Shown here: positions 29,668-38,205 of the stretch, in pieces
Position numbering within the stretch: the first letter of the stretch is position 1
Layout of the letters: every line of letters starts with the position of its first letter
Assembly: GCA_035934535.1 (NCBI GenBank)
Contig: DASYXS010000091.1
Location: forward strand, 20,580-84,579
Source: a bacterium
GTDB taxonomy: Bacteria; Sysuimicrobiota; Sysuimicrobiia; Sysuimicrobiales; Segetimicrobiaceae
Length of the DNA: 64,000 nt
Reading direction: 5' to 3'
Notes under the pieces: model-generated
What the model was told of the DNA's origin: nothing
The model's input: only the letters and a program-made list of their open reading frames with translations
Database searches by the model: none
Position numbers and translations under genes: made by a program

Positions 29668-30716
29668 CCGCGGGAGCCGTTCCCACCGTGGCGCTCACCC
29701 TCGGCGATCCGGCCGGCATCGGCCCCGAACTGATTGCGAAGCTGGTGGCGCGCACCGACCTGATGCGCCAGGCGCACGTTGTCGTGGTCGGCGACCGCTG
29801 GGTGTGGGAGGACGGGCGGCGCGTGGCCGGCACGCGGACGGCGCTTCACGACGTCGCGTCCATCGCAGAGGCCCGTGCCCGCTCGGAGCGGGCGCGCGGA
29901 GAGCCCGCCCCGCCGTGCTTCTTTGCGATCGAGACCGTGCGCCCGGACGAGGTCACACGCGCCACGGCCGGCGCCGCGGGCGGCGCGTCGGTGCTGCGCG
30001 CGCTCCGGATCTGCCTCGATGCCGCGCGCGCGGGCGAGGTCGATGCCGTCTGCTTCGCCCCGCTGAACAAGCTGGCGATGAAGCAGGCGGGCCTCGCGCA
30101 TCCCGACGAGCTGCACTTCTTCGCCGACTATCTCGGCGCGGGCGGCTACGTCTGCGAGCTCAACGTCCTCGACGGCCTGTGGACGACGCGCGTCACCTCG
30201 CACATCCCCTTAAAGGACGTCGCCGCGGCGCTGAGCGGCGAGCGCATCAAGGACGCGGCGCGGCTGCTCCACCGGTCGCTCCTCGCCGCCGGCGTCGAGC
30301 GGCCGCGCATCGCCGCGGCCGGGCTCAATCCTCACGCCGGCGAAGGCGGGACGTGCGGACGAGAAGAGCTCGACGTCATCGCGCCGGCGATCCGGGAGGC
30401 CGGCGCCGAAGGCATCCCGGTGGACGGGCCGTTTCCGGCCGACACCATCTTTCTGCGGGCGCTCGCGGGGCGGTACGACGGCATCCTCACGATGTACCAC
30501 GACCAGGGCCAGATCGCGCTCAAGTTGATGGGGTTCGACCGCGGCGTCACCGTGCAGGGCGGGCTGCCGGTACCGATCACCACCCCGGCCCACGGCACCG
30601 CCTTCGACATCGCCGGTCAGAACAAGGCGAGCGTCGAGGCGCTCAGCCGCGCCTTTGCGATCGCCTGCCGGATGGGGGCCGCCGGCAGAACGCCCCCGCA
30701 TACGCACCGGCCGTAG
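29664..30716 (+). CDS. PdxA-family NAD(P)-dependent 4-hydroxy-acid-phosphate dehydrogenase (PdxA/PdxA2-like)
   Basis: VALTLGDPAGIGPELIAKL, GLNPHAGEGG, TMYHDQGQIALK, TTPAHGTAFDIAGQ. ATGA overlap with the treZ stop. Confidence 0.85.
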   Translation: MTAGAVPTVALTLGDPAGIGPELIAKLVARTDLMRQAHVVVVGDRWVWEDGRRVAGTRTALHDVASIAEARARSERARGEPAPPCFFAIETVRPDEVTRATAGAAGGASVLRALRICLDAARAGEVDAVCFAPLNKLAMKQAGLAHPDELHFFADYLGAGGYVCELNVLDGLWTTRVTSHIPLKDVAAALSGERIKDAARLLHRSLLAAGVERPRIAAAGLNPHAGEGGTCGREELDVIAPAIREAGAEGIPVDGPFPADTIFLRALAGRYDGILTMYHDQGQIALKLMGFDRGVTVQGGLPVPITTPAHGTAFDIAGQNKASVEALSRAFAIACRMGAAGRTPPHTHRP

Positions 30717-30737
30717 GGAAGGCCGGCCCGGCGCGTG

Positions 30738-30971
30738 TTACTTCTGCATCGAGTTGAGCTGCTCTTCGATGGCGTTGAGCCGCCGGTTCAGGGCCGCGAG
30801 CTGCGCCCGCACTTCCTCGAGGCTCCGCCGGAGCTTTGCGACGTCCTCGGCCGTGGCCGGCGGCGAGGCCTGGGACGACTGCGCCGCCGCGGTGCTCGGC
30901 GCGAGGACGGTGCCGGGACGGCAGAGCGCCATGAGAACCAGCACGACGGCGATCGCGGCTGCACGGATCAT
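30738..30971 (-). CDS. Small secreted/anchored coiled-coil protein
   Basis: Strong AAGGAGG 7 nt upstream. Signal/anchor MIRAAAIAVVLVLMALC.., then TAEDVAKLRRSLEEVRAQLAALNRRLNAIEEQLNSMQK. Confidence 0.6.
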   Translation of the reverse strand: MIRAAAIAVVLVLMALCRPGTVLAPSTAAAQSSQASPPATAEDVAKLRRSLEEVRAQLAALNRRLNAIEEQLNSMQK

Positions 30972-31023
30972 ACGTCACGCCTCCTTGTCGAGGCCGGTCG
31001 GTCGGGCCGGAGCGGCCGGCCTT

Positions 31024-31494
31024 CTACTTCGCGGCGCCGCCCTCGGCCTCGCGAAGCCTCCGGCAGAGTGTCTGCATGATCTTGCGGGCGATGGACGTCG
31101 TCCCGTCCACCACGCGCCAGAAGTCCCGTTGCTCGAGGGCCAGGAGCCGAATCGGCGTGGTCGCCCGCACGGTGGCCGACCGCGGCTGCCCGTCGATCAG
31201 GCTCATTTCCCCAAAGTAATCTCCGGCCTTCAACGTGGCGGTCTTTCCCGTCCGCGTTTTGACCGCGGCCTCGCCGTCGACGATCGCGAACAGTTCGCCG
31301 CCCGGCTCCCCCGCGGTCGCGAGCTGCGTGCCCGCCGGCACCTCCCGCTCGGTCACGAGGCGGGCGAGCTGCTCGACTTCTTTCGCCGACAGGCCTTCGA
31401 ACAGCGAGATCTTTTCCACCAGCGCCACCTTGAAGCGAAGCCGTATCGCCCCGCTCGCCTTCGCCGCCCGCCACTTGCCGTATCGTGAAAGCAC
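31024..31494 (-). CDS. Stand-alone cyclic-nucleotide-binding (cNMP/CAP effector) domain protein
   Basis: LFEGLSAKEVEQLA.., GDYFGEMSLIDGQPRSATVRA (phosphate-binding cassette). GTG start at 31494; an in-frame GTG at 31428 is an alternative. Confidence 0.8.
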   Translation of the reverse strand: MLSRYGKWRAAKASGAIRLRFKVALVEKISLFEGLSAKEVEQLARLVTEREVPAGTQLATAGEPGGELFAIVDGEAAVKTRTGKTATLKAGDYFGEMSLIDGQPRSATVRATTPIRLLALEQRDFWRVVDGTTSIARKIMQTLCRRLREAEGGAAK

Positions 31495-31707
31495 GACCGC
31501 CCCCCGCCCGCGATTGTCGGTCCCTTCACGCTAGCATGCGCTGCGATGCGCTCCGTGAAGAAGGAGTTAAGGTTTGCGAAAAATTCCGAGGCCCGGCTTG
31601 AGTGACATCGCACCCGCCGTGACGCCGGCACCGTCCCCGCGGGGCTGCGAGTTGGCGTATGCGATCGCCAGCCCGAGCAGAACGGCGACGGCCAAGAGGG
31701 CCAGACC

Positions 31708-33855
31708 CTAGTCATCACGGCCGTCGGAGGCGCGGAGGCCATCCGCGACGCCGGCCCGGGTCGTCTGCTCCCACGGCGTCCCGGCGGGGACGGCGATCTC
31801 CCACCGCAGCACGAGCATCGCGCCCTGCTGGTTGCGTTCGAAGCCCGACTCCGAGTTTGAAATGGTGAACACCGGCAGCGTCCAGACATCCGCGGCGCGC
31901 TCCGGCGTGAACGCGAGGGTCAGTCCGGAATAGGTCTCGCCGGCGCGCACCACCGCCGCGCGCGGGAGCTCCGCGGTCTCCCACAACGAAACGCGGGAGT
32001 CCTCGCCGGCGCCCGCCCACACCTGGTCCGGCCCCCCGAAGAGGCCGAGGCTCCACTGTTCGGCGAGGACGGCGCGCAGAACGCCCGGACCTTCCCAGAC
32101 GAGGCGCACCGCGTGGCGGAGCCCGCGCGTGCGCGCCTCGAGGACGATCCGGCGCTCGAGAACGACGTCGCCCTCGTCCACCCGGGCGCGCCGCGTCAGC
32201 ACGGCCGCGGCGCCGTCCGGCGTCTCCTCGAGCCGCCACCCATACGGGGCGGTGCCGAATCCGCCGAGGTCCTCCGCGGCGTCGCGCCACACCTCGTCGC
32301 GCGTCACCTCCGCCGGCCAGAGCCACGTCCGGAGCGTCGTCCGGCGGACGCGGTCGTAGACGAGCAGGCGCTCGAGGCCGGGTTCCTTGGGACGGTCGCC
32401 GGCCTCGTGAATCGAGACCGCGCCCTCGAGCGGGGGCGCCTCGTGGCGTACGCGGGCGTGGTACGCTTCCGCCCGCCGCGTGAGCACGTTGCCGAGGTGC
32501 CGCTTCGCGGACCGGTCGTCCCACTCCACGATGCTGCCGCCGCGGGCCGGGTCGACCGTGCAGACGTCGAGCCCGGTGGCGAGATAGAGTTCCGGCTGGC
32601 CGTCCCCGTTGAGGTCGCCCGCGGACGCCTCGGCGTAGGGCTCCGGGTGCCGGACCCGGTCGGCCTCCGCTTCCGCGGCGATGAGATGCGCGAACGCCGC
32701 GCCCCGGATGTGCGGCAGGTAGATGCCTCCGAAGACGCCGTGCCAGTACGTGCAGTTGCACTCGCCGCTCCACAGGTCGTCGAGGGCCCGCTCGCGGTCG
32801 GGACCCGGCGGCATCGCGCGCACTTTGCGGCCCGCGCGCAGCGCGAGGTGATGCAGCGTGTTGGCCTCGGGGTACCGGACGAGGAAGTGCCGCCAGAACC
32901 CGCCGCGCACGAGGCTCGTGAGATCGGCGCGGCCGCCGGTCTCGAGGTCGTGACGGAGATTCGCCCGCGCCTCCGCGCGCGTGGGGGGCAGCGCCCATTC
33001 CGCCATCTCGTCGTACGTCGCGGTCGGCAGGTAGATCGCGCCCGACGGCTCGTGGGTGCGGCGGTAGTCGCCCGGGGGCACCAGGTCGATCCACGGCGTC
33101 GCCTCCAGCGCGTCGAAGAACCGGTCCACCCAGCCGCGCTCCCAGCAGTGCGCGTAGGTCGTCGGCCACATCCCGAATTTCTCGCCGTCGTCGCCCATGA
33201 GCGCGAGGTCCAGCGGCGCCTCGCGGCCCTCCGGCCGGACGTCGGTCTCCGCGAGCGTGCGGAGGTAGGCGATGACCTCGTCCGGCGAGACCCAGGGGAT
33301 GAGATACCTGAGGCGCCGGAGACTCGGGAACAGCGCGACGGACACGCCTTCTTCCTCGGTGACGTAGTAGCCGAGCAGCTGCCGGTCTTCCAGGCCCACG
33401 GCGTGGAAATGGCTGTCGTCGACGATCGTGTACTGGACGCCGGCTTCGCCGAGCGGCCGCGCGAGATGCGGCTCCCACACGCGCTCGGCGAGCCAGAGGC
33501 CGTCCGCGGCGTAGCCGAACTCGTTCCGGATGGCGTGGGTCATCTTGAGGATCTGGCCCCGTTTGTCCGCGTCCGGGACGATCGGCAGGATGGCCTCGTA
33601 GTAGGCGCCGGTGAGCATCTCCGTCTGTCCGCGCGCGACGAGCGCCCGCAGGCGCGCGATCAGGTCCGGCCGGTGCGCGTGGAACCAATCGAGCAGCGGC
33701 CCGGAGTAATGGAGGGCCACGCGGATCCCGGGATGGCGTTCGAGCGCCGCGATCATCGGCGCATACGACCGCTCGGTCGCGTCGGCGAAGACGTGGCCGA
33801 AGTTGCCGACGGGCTGGTGGTTGTGGAGGGCTAGGGAGAGGGCGAGCCGGTGCAT
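31708..33855 (-). CDS. GH57-family alpha-amylase / 4-alpha-glucanotransferase-type enzyme
   Basis: LALHNHQPVGNF, ALHYSGPLLDW, GLWLAERVWEP (nucleophile Glu region), LMGDDGEKFGMWP (acid/base Asp region). Long C-terminal beta-rich extension. Confidence 0.88.
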   Translation of the reverse strand: MHRLALSLALHNHQPVGNFGHVFADATERSYAPMIAALERHPGIRVALHYSGPLLDWFHAHRPDLIARLRALVARGQTEMLTGAYYEAILPIVPDADKRGQILKMTHAIRNEFGYAADGLWLAERVWEPHLARPLGEAGVQYTIVDDSHFHAVGLEDRQLLGYYVTEEEGVSVALFPSLRRLRYLIPWVSPDEVIAYLRTLAETDVRPEGREAPLDLALMGDDGEKFGMWPTTYAHCWERGWVDRFFDALEATPWIDLVPPGDYRRTHEPSGAIYLPTATYDEMAEWALPPTRAEARANLRHDLETGGRADLTSLVRGGFWRHFLVRYPEANTLHHLALRAGRKVRAMPPGPDRERALDDLWSGECNCTYWHGVFGGIYLPHIRGAAFAHLIAAEAEADRVRHPEPYAEASAGDLNGDGQPELYLATGLDVCTVDPARGGSIVEWDDRSAKRHLGNVLTRRAEAYHARVRHEAPPLEGAVSIHEAGDRPKEPGLERLLVYDRVRRTTLRTWLWPAEVTRDEVWRDAAEDLGGFGTAPYGWRLEETPDGAAAVLTRRARVDEGDVVLERRIVLEARTRGLRHAVRLVWEGPGVLRAVLAEQWSLGLFGGPDQVWAGAGEDSRVSLWETAELPRAAVVRAGETYSGLTLAFTPERAADVWTLPVFTISNSESGFERNQQGAMLVLRWEIAVPAGTPWEQTTRAGVADGLRASDGRDD

Positions 33856-33882
33856 CGGCGGATCGTCAGCGAGGCGCGGTTC

Positions 33883-35496
33883 TCACGCCCCGCCGTCTCC
33901 CGCCGCTTCCGGCACGGCGGAGCCGCCCTCGTGTGCGGGCGCCATCTCGGGCGTGTGCTCGGCGACGCTCCCGCCCGGCATGTAGAGCACGACGGCTGCG
34001 AGCCCGAGCGCCACGAGGCCCAGCCCCAGCACGAACGCGCCGTGGATGCCCTGCGCGAGCGCCTGGCGCAGCGCTTCGCGGCCGCCGGCGCCAAGCGCGG
34101 TCTGCGACGCCGAATCCAGCACGGCCTGCGGGTCGGCGACGGAGTGGAGACGGGAGCGGAGCGCGGCCGGCAGGTGCGCGAGCCGCGCGTCGAGGATGCC
34201 GACGAGCACCGCGCCCTGCGCGCTCACGCCGATCGCGCTGCCGAGGTTGCGTGTGAAGATGTTGATGGAGGTGACGATGCCCCGGAGCGGCCGCGCCACG
34301 GCGTTCTGCATCGCGATGATGAACATGGTCGCGGTCAGCCCCATGCCGCTGCCCAGCACCACCATATCGACGAACACGACGGCGGCCGTCGCGCGCGCGT
34401 CCAGCCGGGTGAGCAGCAGCGCCCCCGCGGAGAGCAGCGTCATGCCCGTCACCGTCACCGGCCGGTATCCCCATCGCAGGGCCACCCTGCCGCCGACGAT
34501 GCTCGACACCGTCCACATGACCATGTACGGCATCAGCGCTTCTCCCGCGGTCGTCGCGCTCTTGCCGATCACGCCCTGCACGAAGAGCGGAACGTAGGCG
34601 GTCGTCCCAAAGATGCTGACCCCGATGAGGAACCCGCCGACGCAGGCCACGGAGATCATGCGGTTGCTGAACAGGCTGAACGGGAGAAACGGGTCTTCCC
34701 TGTGCGTCTCCACGTGCACGAACAGGAGCAGCAGCGCCGCGCACGCCGCCGCGAGCGCGAACGACGGCGCCGAGAGCCACGCGAACTCGTGGCCGCCCCA
34801 GAACATGAGGAGCAGCAGCACGATCGACGCCCCGGAGAGCAATCCGATCCCGGCGTAGTCGATCGACGCCGCGCCGGCGGGGGCCGTCCGCGATTCCCTG
34901 AAGGCCAGCGTGAGGATCAGCGTCGCGACGAGCCCCGCGGGGATATTGACGAAGAAGATCCACCGCCAGGCCCCGTGATCGGCCAGCGCGCCGCCGATCA
35001 GCGGGCCGACGACTGCCGCGAGCCCCCACACACCGCTGAAGAGGCCCTGGATACGCAGCCGCTGCTCGAGCGGGAAGAGATCCGCGATGATCGTCAGCGC
35101 GATCGGCAGCACGGCGCCGCCGCCGATGCCCTGCAGCACCCGGAAGAGCACCAATTCGCCCATCGACCGGGAGAGCCCGCACAAGGCCGACGCGCCGATG
35201 AACCAGAGGATCCCGACCAGGTAGATGCGCTTGCGCCCGTGCAGATCGGCGAGGCGTCCGAAGATCGGCGTCGTGACGACAAACGCGATCTGGTAGGCGG
35301 CGAAGACCCACGAGTAGAGGGCGAGGCCGCCGAACGCCGCGACGATCGTCGGCATCGCCGTGCCGACCGCGGTGGAGTCCATCGCGGCGAGAAACATGCC
35401 GAGCATGGCCGCGATCGTGACGATGACCCGCCGGCGGGCCGGCACCGGTTCCGCCGCGCCGCGCGCCGGTTTCGTCGCCGCGGTTACGACAGCCAT
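33883..35496 (-). CDS. MFS transporter, DHA2 (EmrB/QacA, 14-TMS)-like
   Basis: MAVVTAATKP.. start at 35496. AMDSTAVGTAMPTI, motif A FGRLADLHGRKRIY, multiple TM segments. The listed 1035-aa ORF is an upstream out-of-frame extension. Confidence 0.85.
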   Translation of the reverse strand: MAVVTAATKPARGAAEPVPARRRVIVTIAAMLGMFLAAMDSTAVGTAMPTIVAAFGGLALYSWVFAAYQIAFVVTTPIFGRLADLHGRKRIYLVGILWFIGASALCGLSRSMGELVLFRVLQGIGGGAVLPIALTIIADLFPLEQRLRIQGLFSGVWGLAAVVGPLIGGALADHGAWRWIFFVNIPAGLVATLILTLAFRESRTAPAGAASIDYAGIGLLSGASIVLLLLMFWGGHEFAWLSAPSFALAAACAALLLLFVHVETHREDPFLPFSLFSNRMISVACVGGFLIGVSIFGTTAYVPLFVQGVIGKSATTAGEALMPYMVMWTVSSIVGGRVALRWGYRPVTVTGMTLLSAGALLLTRLDARATAAVVFVDMVVLGSGMGLTATMFIIAMQNAVARPLRGIVTSINIFTRNLGSAIGVSAQGAVLVGILDARLAHLPAALRSRLHSVADPQAVLDSASQTALGAGGREALRQALAQGIHGAFVLGLGLVALGLAAVVLYMPGGSVAEHTPEMAPAHEGGSAVPEAAGDGGA

Positions 35497-36896
35497 CCCA
35501 GCCGTCCCGGGACCATGATGCCCTTCGGATCGTACTGCGCACGCAGCCGGCGCATCAGGTCGACGGCCGGGGGCGCTTGGCCCCACACCGGCAGACTCGC
35601 CTTGAGCGTCGTGGGCGCCGCCTCGACGACCACGTATCCGCCGAGTCCGCCGGGCAGATCCCCGGCCGCGGCGGGTCCGGCCGCCGCCGCGCGCTCGAGC
35701 GCGTCCGCGAGCGCGGACGCCTCCCCCGGCGCGGCCGCGACGTAGGTCAATCCGACGCCCGCGTGCGCGAGGAGCGCCGGGGAGTCGCCCGCCGCCGCGT
35801 GGGCGGCCCGGGCGACGTCGAGCCACCGCGCGATCGGCGTCCCCACGCGGAAGACGACGCCCCCCGGGTGAGACGCCGGCGACGGGAACTCGGCGACCGC
35901 GCCCCACAGCGCCTCGTGCGGCGCCCCGGAGTAGACCTCGAGCGCGGCGCCCGGACCGCCGGCGGACGCGGTCAGCGTCCGCATCTCGTCGATGTGGCGC
36001 GTCCGGCTCTCCTCGAGGCCCTCGGCGAGCAGCAGCACGCCCCATCGGCCCGTCCCCGACGCGCCGGTGCCCGCCGGCAGCCGGAGGCCGCCCGCCCGCG
36101 CCAGCATCGCCAGCGCGCCGGGGCTGGCCGCCTCGAGCGCGGATGGGAGCAGATACGACCGCATCACGGCGGTGGTGAGCGCGTGCGCGTCCGCGGCGTT
36201 CGCGACCGTCACCAGGACCGTGACGCCCTCGCCGGGGAGCGGCAGGATCTTGAAGGTGACGTCGGTGATGATGCCGCAGGAGCCGAACGAGCCGATGAAG
36301 AGTTTGGCCAGGTCGTAGCCGGCGACGTTTTTCACCACTTTGCCGCCCGCCTTGATCACCTCGCCGGTCGGCAGCGCGACGCGGATGCCGATGACGAGGT
36401 CGCGGATCGAGCCCCAGAGGAGGCGGCGGGGACCGTTGCGGTTCGCCGCGACGAGGCCGCCGATTGTGGCGTCCGCGGCGCCCGGTGGATCCAGCGGCAG
36501 CCACTGCCCGTTCGCGGCGAGCGCGCGCTGCAGGTCGCGAAACGGCGTGCCGGCGCGGACCGCCACCACGTAGTCCGCCGGCGTGTAGTCGGTGATGCCC
36601 GCGAGACGGGTCGTCTCGACCACGAGGTCGGCGCGCGCGGGCGGATTGCCGAGGTGCTGGTGCGCCCCGCCGCCGCGCGGGATCACCCCGGCGTCCGCCT
36701 CCGCGGCCGCGCTGAGGAGCGCGGCGACCTGCTCGGCTCCCGAGGGCACCGCCCACAGCCCGGGACGCGCGCCGTCGATGCGCCGGGCGTCGAGGCGGTC
36801 GGGATCCGCGGTCAGGTGCGCGTCGCCGACGATGTCGCGGATGCGCGAGACGAAGGCGCCGCCGATCCGGTCCTGCGCGCGCGGCACGCTGGTCAT
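35484..36896 (-). CDS. glcE: FAD-binding oxidase subunit, GlcE-like
   Basis: FAD_binding_4-type region (WAVPSGAEQVAALLSAAAEADAGVIPRGGGAH.., VVKNVAGYDLAKLFIGSFGSCG). ATGA overlap with the glcF stop. Its 3' end overlaps the MFS start by 13 nt. Confidence 0.75.
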   Translation of the reverse strand: MTSVPRAQDRIGGAFVSRIRDIVGDAHLTADPDRLDARRIDGARPGLWAVPSGAEQVAALLSAAAEADAGVIPRGGGAHQHLGNPPARADLVVETTRLAGITDYTPADYVVAVRAGTPFRDLQRALAANGQWLPLDPPGAADATIGGLVAANRNGPRRLLWGSIRDLVIGIRVALPTGEVIKAGGKVVKNVAGYDLAKLFIGSFGSCGIITDVTFKILPLPGEGVTVLVTVANAADAHALTTAVMRSYLLPSALEAASPGALAMLARAGGLRLPAGTGASGTGRWGVLLLAEGLEESRTRHIDEMRTLTASAGGPGAALEVYSGAPHEALWGAVAEFPSPASHPGGVVFRVGTPIARWLDVARAAHAAAGDSPALLAHAGVGLTYVAAAPGEASALADALERAAAAGPAAAGDLPGGLGGYVVVEAAPTTLKASLPVWGQAPPAVDLMRRLRAQYDPKGIMVPGRLGWLS

Positions 36897-38200
36897 GCGC
36901 CCGGCGCCGGCCCGCGCTGGTCGGCGGCCGTGTACGCGCGGTCCAGCAGGTCGACGACGTGACACGCTTCCATCGGGACGCCCCGCTCACGGATGCCGGC
37001 CGCGAGCTGCAGCAGGCAGCCCGGATTCGGTGCGACCAGCAGGTCCGCCCCGGTCCGGAGGACCGCGCGCATCTTCTCGTCCAGGATCTGCCGCGAGTAG
37101 CCCGGCTGCACGATGTTGTAGATGCCGGCGCTGCCGCAGCAGCGGTCCGCCCCGTCCATCTCGACGAGCTCGAGGCCTGGGATCCGGCGCAGCAGGTCGC
37201 GGGGCTGCCGGCGGATGCGCTGCCCGTGCGCCAGGTGACACGGGTCCTGATAGGTCGCGCGCGCGCGGATCTCGCCGAGCGTGCCGGTGAGGCCCAGCTC
37301 GGCCAGGAACTCGGTCGCGTCGCGGCACAGGCTGCTGAACGCCTCGGCCCGCGGCACGTACCCCGGGTCGTCGTCGCGGAACAACACCGGGTATTCTTTG
37401 CTCGCCACCCCGCAGCCGGCCGCGTTGATGATCACGGCGTCCACGCCCGCGCGCAGGAAGCTTTCGATGTTGCGGCGGGCCATGGCCTGGGCCGCCGCGC
37501 GCTCGCCGTTGTGGATGTTGAGCGCGCCGCAGCACGTCTGCTCCCGCACGACCACGACCTCGCAGCCGTTCCGCCGCAGCACACGGACGGTCGCGTCGTT
37601 GGAGCCGGGGAAGAGCACGCTCATCGCACACCCGGCGAGGAACCCCACGCGGGCCCGGCGGGGGCCGATCGCGGGAAACACTTCCTGCTCCGGCGCAAAC
37701 GCGCCGTCCGGCACCACCGGCAGGAGGGCCTCCATTTCGCCGAGCCGCTTCGGCATGAGGTGCAGCCGCCGCAGCAGCGGGCCGAGCCCGCTGCGCTGGT
37801 ACACCCGCAGGAGGCCCGCGGCGGCGCGCAGCCGCCCGGGGTACGGCATCAGGTGGCGCAGCGCCGCGAGCGTCAGCCGTCTTGCGAGCGGGGAGCCGGT
37901 CGGCCCGACCTCCGCGCGCCCCGCTTCGATGATCGTGCCGAAGTGGACGCCCGCCGGGCACGCGGTCTCGCACGCGCGGCAGCCCAGGCAGACGTACATG
38001 TGCTCCTCGAGCCGCGCGTCGAGCGGCACGCGGCCCTGCGCCGCGGCCTCGATCAGATGGATGCGCCCGCGCGGCGACTCGGTCTCGACGCCGAGCAGGC
38101 GGTACGTGGGGCAGGCCGGGAGACAAAACCCGCACTGGATGCACTTGTCCAGCTCGGGGATCAGCAGGCGCGGAATCGGACGGGCGGCCGCCGTCGCCAT
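36893..38200 (-). CDS. glcF: Fe-S oxidoreductase subunit, GlcF-like (2x[4Fe-4S] plus CCG domains)
   Basis: CIQCGFCLPACPTY and CLGCRACETACPAGV ferredoxin motifs. CCG motifs QTCCGALN and DRCCGSAGIYN. Confidence 0.8.
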   Translation of the reverse strand: MATAAARPIPRLLIPELDKCIQCGFCLPACPTYRLLGVETESPRGRIHLIEAAAQGRVPLDARLEEHMYVCLGCRACETACPAGVHFGTIIEAGRAEVGPTGSPLARRLTLAALRHLMPYPGRLRAAAGLLRVYQRSGLGPLLRRLHLMPKRLGEMEALLPVVPDGAFAPEQEVFPAIGPRRARVGFLAGCAMSVLFPGSNDATVRVLRRNGCEVVVVREQTCCGALNIHNGERAAAQAMARRNIESFLRAGVDAVIINAAGCGVASKEYPVLFRDDDPGYVPRAEAFSSLCRDATEFLAELGLTGTLGEIRARATYQDPCHLAHGQRIRRQPRDLLRRIPGLELVEMDGADRCCGSAGIYNIVQPGYSRQILDEKMRAVLRTGADLLVAPNPGCLLQLAAGIRERGVPMEACHVVDLLDRAYTAADQRGPAPGA

Positions 38201-38205
38201 GGTAT

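Noticed and set aside
31567-31695. Possible 42-aa micro-ORF on the minus strand directly after the GH57 stop (TTG start, (M)AVAVLLGLAIAYANSQPRGDGAGVTAGAMSLKPGLGIFRKP).
   Set aside because: It has one plausible TM helix, but only a non-ATG start and no convincing SD. It is too short to evaluate by composition. Left unannotated.
35497-36990. The upstream two thirds of the 1035-aa ORF 33883..36990.
   Set aside because: This part is an alternate frame of the glcE-like gene and is low-complexity Arg/Gly/Pro. The MFS transporter begins at ATG 35496 (MAVVTAATKP..).
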